From an uncultured Planctomycetia bacterium (GTDB lineage Bacteria; Omnitrophota; Gorgyraeia; 2-02-FULL-51-18): a DNA stretch of 64,000 bases. This document shows positions 58,093-64,000 of the stretch, piece by piece; position 1 is the first letter of the stretch; each line of letters starts with the position of its first letter. The translations under genes and the position numbers were made by a program. Where the stretch lies: the NCBI GenBank assembly GCA_964642015.1, contig CAZXLF010000001.1:368168-432167 (forward strand), read 5' to 3'. The notes under the pieces were generated by a model that searched no databases, was not told where the DNA came from, and saw only the letters and a program-made list of their open reading frames with translations.

Positions 58093-58827
58093 ATGAAGAA
58101 GGTAAGCCTTGAATTCAAGTTGGGCATTTTTGTTTTTTTTGCTCTGTGTATATTGATTTTTATGGTTTTCAAGGCCGGAGACTTTTATATGAAGCCGGGC
58201 TATACGGTACGTTTGGTATTTGATTTTGTAAGCGGTGTTGACAAAGGTTCGGTCGTGCGCTTAGCTGGCGTCAATGTCGGTGAAGTGACAGAAATCCATA
58301 TTTTCCGTAACGCTCAAGGGGTTACGCAAGCTGAGGTGATGGCTCGTATCGATCAGGGTATTACGATCGAAGAAGACGCGGATGTTCGTATTAACACTTT
58401 GGGATTACTGGGTGAAAAATATGTGGAGATCCTTCCCGGTTCGGTGGGCGCTAAACACCTGACCGATAAAAGCACGCTTGTCGGAAAAACGCCGGTGCTT
58501 TTGGAAAAAATAACCGAATCAGGCAATCGCCTTATTAACAAAATCGAGCGTACGGTCGATAATATCAACGAAGTCGTCGGCGACCCAAAATTCAAGGAGT
58601 CGGTGAAAAATACTTTTGGCAACGCCGAAAAAGTGACGTCAAATCTGGAATCGACAACCGATGATCTCAAAGATGCCGCAAAGTCTGCCCGGATCGTTTT
58701 GGCTCGCTTGCGTGACGGAGAGGGAAGCATTGGCAGGCTTTTGAAGAGCGATCAAGCGGCCAAGGATCTGGAAGATTTTGTGAAAGAGATCAAGGCTCAT
58801 CCGTGGAAATTGCTGAAAAGAGATTGA
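58093..58827 (+). CDS. mlaD: MCE/MlaD family protein with helical extension
   Basis: KLGIFV TM, GSVVRLAGVNVGEV, TLGLLGEKYVEI, helical tail with GEGSIGRLL and HPWKLL. Confidence 0.92.
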   Translation: MKKVSLEFKLGIFVFFALCILIFMVFKAGDFYMKPGYTVRLVFDFVSGVDKGSVVRLAGVNVGEVTEIHIFRNAQGVTQAEVMARIDQGITIEEDADVRINTLGLLGEKYVEILPGSVGAKHLTDKSTLVGKTPVLLEKITESGNRLINKIERTVDNINEVVGDPKFKESVKNTFGNAEKVTSNLESTTDDLKDAAKSARIVLARLRDGEGSIGRLLKSDQAAKDLEDFVKEIKAHPWKLLKRD

Positions 58828-58872
58828 TTTGACGGCTGTATTTTTTAAAACGGGGATTGAGGAATAACCGAA

Positions 58873-59898
58873 ATGACATTCTCATTCATTAGAGCTTTAT
58901 TTATTTTGTTAAGCACTGTAGTTGGATTTCAGCTTGGAAGCGCATTCCAAGGCATCGGAAGCTCAGGAAGTTTGATCGGCGCCGGTGTCGGCGCCGGTGT
59001 TGCGCTTGTTGTGATCGGAATAGAACAGACCATCGGTAAAGTATCCATGCGCGGCTTATCCGCAGCGGTTTTTGGCTTGATCCTTGCGTTTATCGTTTCC
59101 AAGTTTTTGTCCAGCGCCATTGATCTTGTGCCGGAGCTAGGAATAGAGGCTGCTTCGGTTATCAAGCTTGTTATCGTTTTAGTGCTGTCGTATGTCGGTA
59201 TGGTCTTTTCAATGAGAGGCAGGGATGAATTCAACATCATCATTCCTTATGTGAAATTTGAACGGCAGGATCAAAAAGATAATGTTCTGCTTCTGGATAC
59301 CAGCGTTATCATTGACGGCAGGATCCTGGATATATGCCAAACAAAATTTGTCGAAGGGCGGTTTGTCGTGCCGAAATTCGTACTGAAAGAGCTTCAGCAA
59401 GTAGCCGATTCACAAGACGCCTTAAAACGTAACCGCGGCCGCCGTGGTTTGGATATTTTGAATAAATTAAAAAAAACCCCCAGTGTCAGCGTCAGGATCC
59501 ATGAGGAAGATTTTCCGGAAATATCATCGGTAGACGAAAAACTTGTCAAGCTCGCTAAACTGCTCGGCGCGGAAGTCTTGACGACAGATTTTAATTTAAA
59601 TAAAGTGGCCGAGTTCCAGGGCGTTACGATATTGAATATCAACGACCTGGCCAATGCGCTTCGTCCGGTGGTTTTGCCGGGTGAGATGCTTGAGGTAAAG
59701 CTTATCAAAGAGGGCAAGGAACATAATCAAGCCATTGGGTATCTGAATGATGGAACAATGGTGGTAGTGGACAACGCCAGGCGTGTCATGGGAAACACCC
59801 AGCGTGTTGTTGTCACTTCTGTTCTGCAGACAGCAGCTGGCCGCATGATCTTCGGGCGGCTTGAATCTGACAAACCGGAAGGTAAACAGACGGAATGA
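58873..59898 (+). CDS. yacL: Membrane-anchored PIN/TRAM domain protein (YacL-like)
   Basis: TM segments, LLDTSVIIDGRI, RGRRGLDIL, GYLNDGTMVVV, VTSVLQTAAGRMIF. Confidence 0.93.
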   Translation: MTFSFIRALFILLSTVVGFQLGSAFQGIGSSGSLIGAGVGAGVALVVIGIEQTIGKVSMRGLSAAVFGLILAFIVSKFLSSAIDLVPELGIEAASVIKLVIVLVLSYVGMVFSMRGRDEFNIIIPYVKFERQDQKDNVLLLDTSVIIDGRILDICQTKFVEGRFVVPKFVLKELQQVADSQDALKRNRGRRGLDILNKLKKTPSVSVRIHEEDFPEISSVDEKLVKLAKLLGAEVLTTDFNLNKVAEFQGVTILNINDLANALRPVVLPGEMLEVKLIKEGKEHNQAIGYLNDGTMVVVDNARRVMGNTQRVVVTSVLQTAAGRMIFGRLESDKPEGKQTE

Positions 59899-60572
59899 AG
59901 ATAGCCGCTGTTATCCCTGCGGCAGGGCAAGGCAAGCGGCTTGGGTCTAAAATGCCGAAAGCGCTTGTGCCTATATTGGGCAGGCCTCTTTTAGTGCATA
60001 CGCTTACGAATCTTAAGGGATCGTTTCGATTTCATGAAATGATCGTTGCGGTCCCGGCGCAGCAGATTAAGAATTTTAAGGAGACCTTGAAGCGTCATAA
60101 ACTGGGTGGCGTGCATGTGATCGCGGGAGGTCTTACACGAGCCGGATCAGTGAAAAACGGGCTCAAGAATGTTTCAAAAAACTGTGAATGGGTGCTTATT
60201 CATGACGCAGCGAGACCGTTAGTGAGCAGTCGCTTGGTTCAAAATTTGATCCGTTCCGCAAAAAAGACCGGCGCGGCGATCGTCGCGATGCCGGTAACTT
60301 CGACCGTCAAGAGAGTGAAGCGAAGCAGAATTTTAAAAACTGAAGACCGTGGCTCTTTGTATTTGGCGCAAACTCCGCAGCTTTTCAGAAAAAAATTGCT
60401 TGTCAGTAGGTATCGCGCTTTGCGGTCCGAAGCATTTTTAGCGACGGATGAAGCCGCATTGTTCGATCGTTCGAGAATAAAAGTCATGGTCACTGTTGGT
60501 GATCAGAGAAATATTAAGATAACAACTCCGCAAGATATTGATCTTTTTAAATTTTATATGGGAAAGAAGTAA
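59895..60572 (+). CDS. ispD: 2-C-methyl-D-erythritol 4-phosphate cytidylyltransferase
   Basis: IPAAGQGKR, IHDAARP, AQTPQ, TDEA, NIKITT. Confidence 0.96.
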   Translation: MKIAAVIPAAGQGKRLGSKMPKALVPILGRPLLVHTLTNLKGSFRFHEMIVAVPAQQIKNFKETLKRHKLGGVHVIAGGLTRAGSVKNGLKNVSKNCEWVLIHDAARPLVSSRLVQNLIRSAKKTGAAIVAMPVTSTVKRVKRSRILKTEDRGSLYLAQTPQLFRKKLLVSRYRALRSEAFLATDEAALFDRSRIKVMVTVGDQRNIKITTPQDIDLFKFYMGKK

Positions 60573-60578
60573 ATTTTG

Positions 60579-61052
60579 ATGCGCGTCGGATTGGGTTATG
60601 ACATTCATGCGTTGAAAAAGGGCCGCAAGCTTACTTTGGGAGGAATCCATATACCTTATCCGAAGGGTCTTGTCGGGCATTCTGACGGCGATGCAGCGCT
60701 TCACGCAATTGTTGACGCAGTGATTGGCGCTATGGGTGAAGGCGATATCGGCGAGCATTTTTCGGACAAAGATGCTCGGTATAAAAACGCTGACAGCGCG
60801 GTGTTCGTCGAAAAGGTCAGCGCGATCTTGAAAAGAAAGAAAATGAAGATTGGTAACATCGACCTGACGGTGATCGCCGAAGGGCCGAAGCTTTATCCAT
60901 ATAAAATGAAGATGGCAAAAAAAATATCCGATCTTTTTGGGATCTTAGCTTCTCAAGTTAATGTAAAAGCCAAGACCAATGAGGGTTTTGGCCCGATAGG
61001 GCAAAAAAAAGCGGTCGCTTGTTTTTCCGTAGTTAATCTTATTAAAGGATGA
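60579..61052 (+). CDS. ispF: MECDP synthase
   Basis: MRVGLGYDIH, GHSDGD, GDIG.HF, VNVKAKTNEG. Confidence 0.96.
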   Translation: MRVGLGYDIHALKKGRKLTLGGIHIPYPKGLVGHSDGDAALHAIVDAVIGAMGEGDIGEHFSDKDARYKNADSAVFVEKVSAILKRKKMKIGNIDLTVIAEGPKLYPYKMKMAKKISDLFGILASQVNVKAKTNEGFGPIGQKKAVACFSVVNLIKG

Positions 61053-61795
61053 TTCCCATGGTTTTTCTTCAGCAAGTAGCGGTCATAATTTTCGCGCTTG
61101 TCGTCTTTAAAGTCTTTGTTTACAAAGTCTTTTTTAGAGATGAGATCAAGGCGACGCTTGAGCGCGATCCTGCCGCGACAAGCGAAATGGTGGTTATTCT
61201 CACTTATCCGGGGCTTCATGCGCTTTTTTATCATCGTGTTGCGCACACACTTTATGAATGGAAGGTGCCATTTTTTCCTCGTTTGGTGTCGCAGCTTGGG
61301 AGATGGCTCACAGGGATCGAGATCCACGCTGGTGCTACAATCGGGAAAGGATTGTTCATCGATCATGGGATGGGTGTTGTTGTCGGTGAAACAGCGGTTA
61401 TTGGTGATAATGTGACTTTGTTTCAGGGTGTTACGCTCGGCGGCACCGGAAAACAGAAGGGCAAGCGCCACCCGACGCTTGGGAAAAACGTCGTTGTTGG
61501 CGCCGGCGCTTGCGTTTTGGGCGATATTCATGTTGGTGACAATGTGAGCATAGGAGCAAACGCGGTCGTGGTGAGGGATGTGCCTTCCAATTCAACAGTG
61601 GTCGGCGTGCCGGGCCGGATCGCAAGCCGTGAAGGCAAAAAAATCCCCGGCATTAATCTGGATCACACGAGTCTACCGGACCCGTTGACGCAGGCACTTT
61701 CAAAGCTTCAGCACGAGATCGATAAGATCGAGAATGAATTGAAAGATTTCGGCGTTTCAGGTAAAGACAAAGAGCATAAAGAGCACAAAAAGTAA
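61049..61795 (+). CDS. cysE: Serine O-acetyltransferase with N-terminal hydrophobic segment
   Basis: ERDPAA, YPGLHA, TGIEIHAGA, FIDHGMGVVVGETA, GKRHPT, VVGVPGR. Confidence 0.95.
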   Translation: MIPMVFLQQVAVIIFALVVFKVFVYKVFFRDEIKATLERDPAATSEMVVILTYPGLHALFYHRVAHTLYEWKVPFFPRLVSQLGRWLTGIEIHAGATIGKGLFIDHGMGVVVGETAVIGDNVTLFQGVTLGGTGKQKGKRHPTLGKNVVVGAGACVLGDIHVGDNVSIGANAVVVRDVPSNSTVVGVPGRIASREGKKIPGINLDHTSLPDPLTQALSKLQHEIDKIENELKDFGVSGKDKEHKEHKK

Positions 61796-61815
61796 TTCAT
61801 TTTTCAAGAAGACCA

Positions 61816-61867
61816 GCCTCTTCTCGGCCTTGTAGCAGTAAAAAGCCCCGAAGAGGCAAATCTTTTT
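61816..61867 (+). terminator. Hairpin between cysE and cysS
   Basis: GCCTCTTC (61816-61823) / GAAGAGGC (61850-61857), followed by AAATCTTTTT. Confidence 0.4.
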
Positions 61868-61899
61868 AATCAATACCAAATAGCATATAATATCCGCTT

Positions 61900-63339
61900 A
61901 TGGCGCTGAAAATTTATAACTCATTAACGAAGCAAAAAGAAGAATTCAAGCCCCTGAAAGAGGGTGAGGTCAAGATGTACGTCTGCGGCCCGACGGTTTA
62001 CGATGAGCCGCATATCGGACATTTGCGTTCTGCTTATGTATTTGACGTGATGAGGCGATACCTTGAATACAGCGGTTATAAGGTGACTTTTGTCCGCAAT
62101 GTCACCGATGTGGATGACAAGATCATCGAAAAAGCGCGGCAGAATGAGCCCGCCGATCTTTTGGCTGAGGTCAAAAGCGTTTCGGAGAAATATTTCCTGG
62201 CTTACAAAGCGGACCTTAAGGCGCTTGGTATCCAGGAGCCGACGAAAGAACCCAAAGCGACCGAGCACATCAAGGATATGATCTGGCTGATCGAGCGGCT
62301 TTTGAAAAACGGTTTTGCTTATGAAAGTCAGAGCGATGTTTATTTTGATGTGAACGCCTTCAAGCTCTATGGAAAACTTTCTCATCAGAAAAAAGATGAG
62401 ATGCTTGAACATGCGCGTATCGACCCTAATGAAAAAAAGAGAAATCCTCTGGATTTTGCCTTATGGAAAAAAGCGAAAGAGGGAGAACCTTTTTGGGAAA
62501 GCCCTTGGGGAAAAGGCCGGCCGGGCTGGCACATTGAATGTTCGGCAATGAGCATGAAATATCTGGGAGAAACTTTTGATATTCACGGCGGCGGGCGCGA
62601 CTTGATCTTTCCGCATCATGAAAATGAGATCGCGCAGAGCGAGGGCGTGACCAGCTCGCCGTTCGCGCGTTATTGGGTGCATCATGGATTGGTTACTATC
62701 AATCATCAAAAAATGTCCAAATCTTTGAATAACTTTGTTACTTTGAAGAGTCTAATTGAGGAAAAAAAGCAAACATGGTCAAGAGAGTTGAAATTTCTTT
62801 TTGTTAGTACACATTATAATTCGCCCCTCGATTTTTCGGATGCTTCAATGCTAGACGCTTATAGGCAATGGGCAAGATTTTCAAATTTTTTTATCGAATG
62901 TGGAAACGCCCCTATATCCGACAAATTCATATCTACTGATATTTTCAAGCGTTTTGATACTTTATTCCGTAACGCAATGGATGATGATTTTAATACTCCA
63001 AATGCATTAGCAGCTATGCACGAAGTAATTGATATTGCCCGAAAATCAGATACAACAACTAAGTATATTGCGAGAGAATTTTTATTTAGATGCAGTAAAG
63101 TATTAGGGGGATTATTTGAATGGTCCGAACTTGAACATTATTTAACTCATAGAATTGAAGAGGATGGTGGCATTTCTTTTGAAGAACCCAAAATAATGTT
63201 TTTAATCAAACAACGCGAGGAAGCTAGAAAGAATAAAAATTTTAAATTAGCGGATGATATAAGAAAAGAACTTCTTGAGAAGTATAAAATTGAATTAGTT
63301 GAAACAAAGAATGGAACAGTTTGGAAATGGGTAATATGA
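61900..63339 (+). CDS. cysS: Cysteinyl-tRNA synthetase
   Basis: YVCGPTVY, HIGH, GRPGWHIECS, DIHGGG.DL.FPHHENE, KMSKS, MDDDFNT. Confidence 0.97.
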   Translation: MALKIYNSLTKQKEEFKPLKEGEVKMYVCGPTVYDEPHIGHLRSAYVFDVMRRYLEYSGYKVTFVRNVTDVDDKIIEKARQNEPADLLAEVKSVSEKYFLAYKADLKALGIQEPTKEPKATEHIKDMIWLIERLLKNGFAYESQSDVYFDVNAFKLYGKLSHQKKDEMLEHARIDPNEKKRNPLDFALWKKAKEGEPFWESPWGKGRPGWHIECSAMSMKYLGETFDIHGGGRDLIFPHHENEIAQSEGVTSSPFARYWVHHGLVTINHQKMSKSLNNFVTLKSLIEEKKQTWSRELKFLFVSTHYNSPLDFSDASMLDAYRQWARFSNFFIECGNAPISDKFISTDIFKRFDTLFRNAMDDDFNTPNALAAMHEVIDIARKSDTTTKYIAREFLFRCSKVLGGLFEWSELEHYLTHRIEEDGGISFEEPKIMFLIKQREEARKNKNFKLADDIRKELLEKYKIELVETKNGTVWKWVI

Positions 63340-63968
63340 AAACTACAAAAGGAATTCTAATTACTCTGGAAGGCGGAGAAGGCTGCGGAAAGTCAACGCA
63401 GATCAAACTGCTCAACGACTATCTTAAAAAAGAGGGCTATATCGTTTATGTGACTCGTGAGCCTGGTGGTACTCCAATAGGAAACAAGATCCGGCAGATA
63501 CTTTTGGACGGCAAAAATAAAAAAATGTCGGCAATCACTGAAACGCTTCTGTACATGGCTTCAAGGGCTCAATTAATCGAAGAAGTCATAAAAAAGAAAC
63601 TCAAAGAAGGCAAAATAGTGCTTTGCGACCGATGGCTTGATGCAACGCTGGCCTATCAGGGATACGGAGCCGGTGTTGATATTAAGTGGATACGCGAACT
63701 TGGGCGAATTGTCACAGCCGGAGTAGAGTCGAAAGTAACTGTTTTCATGGATCTACCGGTCCGTGTAGGTTTAGCGCGCGCTACCAGCTTTAAGAAGGCC
63801 GATCGGATGGAGCAGAAAAAAGTTTTGTTCCACGAAAAGGTTCATGCGGGCTATATCGCGATCGCCCGACGTGAACCCCGAAGGGTGCGGCATCTGAAAA
63901 TAAAAAAAGAAGATACGATCCAAGATGTGCATAAAAAGATCAGGGCGATAATCAAAAATGTCATTTAA
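63336..63968 (+). CDS. tmk: Thymidylate kinase
   Basis: EGGEGCGKSTQ, TREPGGT, LCDR, AYQGYG, DRME. Confidence 0.96.
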   Translation: MKTTKGILITLEGGEGCGKSTQIKLLNDYLKKEGYIVYVTREPGGTPIGNKIRQILLDGKNKKMSAITETLLYMASRAQLIEEVIKKKLKEGKIVLCDRWLDATLAYQGYGAGVDIKWIRELGRIVTAGVESKVTVFMDLPVRVGLARATSFKKADRMEQKKVLFHEKVHAGYIAIARREPRRVRHLKIKKEDTIQDVHKKIRAIIKNVI

Positions 63969-64000
63969 AAAAATAAAAGATCAGCCGCTTGTGGCGGCTG
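63958..64000 (+). CDS. Probable 5' end of DNA polymerase III delta' (holB), truncated by the window edge
   Basis: ATG overlapping the end of tmk gives MSFKKIKDQPLVAA, and tmk-holB is a common gene order. Only 14 codons are visible. Confidence 0.45.
   Translation, partial: MSFKKIKDQPLVAA

Noticed and set aside
60953-61531. 192-aa minus-strand ORF
   Set aside because: Antisense shadow of ispF/cysE.
61796-61899. Possible T-box leader for cysS
   Set aside because: The gap is only about 100 nt and lacks the T-box consensus and specifier stem.

Overview
This 64-kb window is a gene-dense block of core chromosome from a diderm bacterium. The gene order, the MurC-MurB fusion and the BamD N-terminus suggest the PVC superphylum, possibly Omnitrophota (inference). 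Almost every gene is on the + strand; only tRNA-Ala and rpsT are on the - strand. In order it holds: a TPR/ExbB/ExbD/TonB-like locus; cutA, tRNA-Ala, rsmE; cvpA-dnaG-rpoD, two tRNAs, a zinc-ribbon gene, rnhA and rnpB; a PDZ + HAMP gene pair; the dcw cluster (mraZ to ftsA); riboflavin genes with nusB; bamD-lptE-holA, rpsT, murJ, uvrC and a TPR/coiled-coil gene; frameshifted prfB, secA, lnt, lysS, lolE/lolD; ilvE-mcsA-mcsB-clpC; an AsmA/TamB-like gene with mlaEFD; and yacL-ispD-ispF-cysE-cysS-tmk-holB(partial). I found no mobile elements or CRISPR arrays. The most striking signal is the end of the dcw cluster. There is no ftsZ, and the FtsA homologue has degenerate ATP-binding motifs and appears to lack the FtsZ-binding subdomain 2B while keeping its membrane helix, hinting at FtsZ-independent or rewired division. 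Other notable signals are an ExbB/ExbD pair missing proton-path residues, strong GATC over-representation, a low-GC GATC-free 3' half of cysS, an RNase P RNA lacking P13/P14, and a CysE with an N-terminal hydrophobic helix. All calls come from motif reading by eye; no database searches were run.
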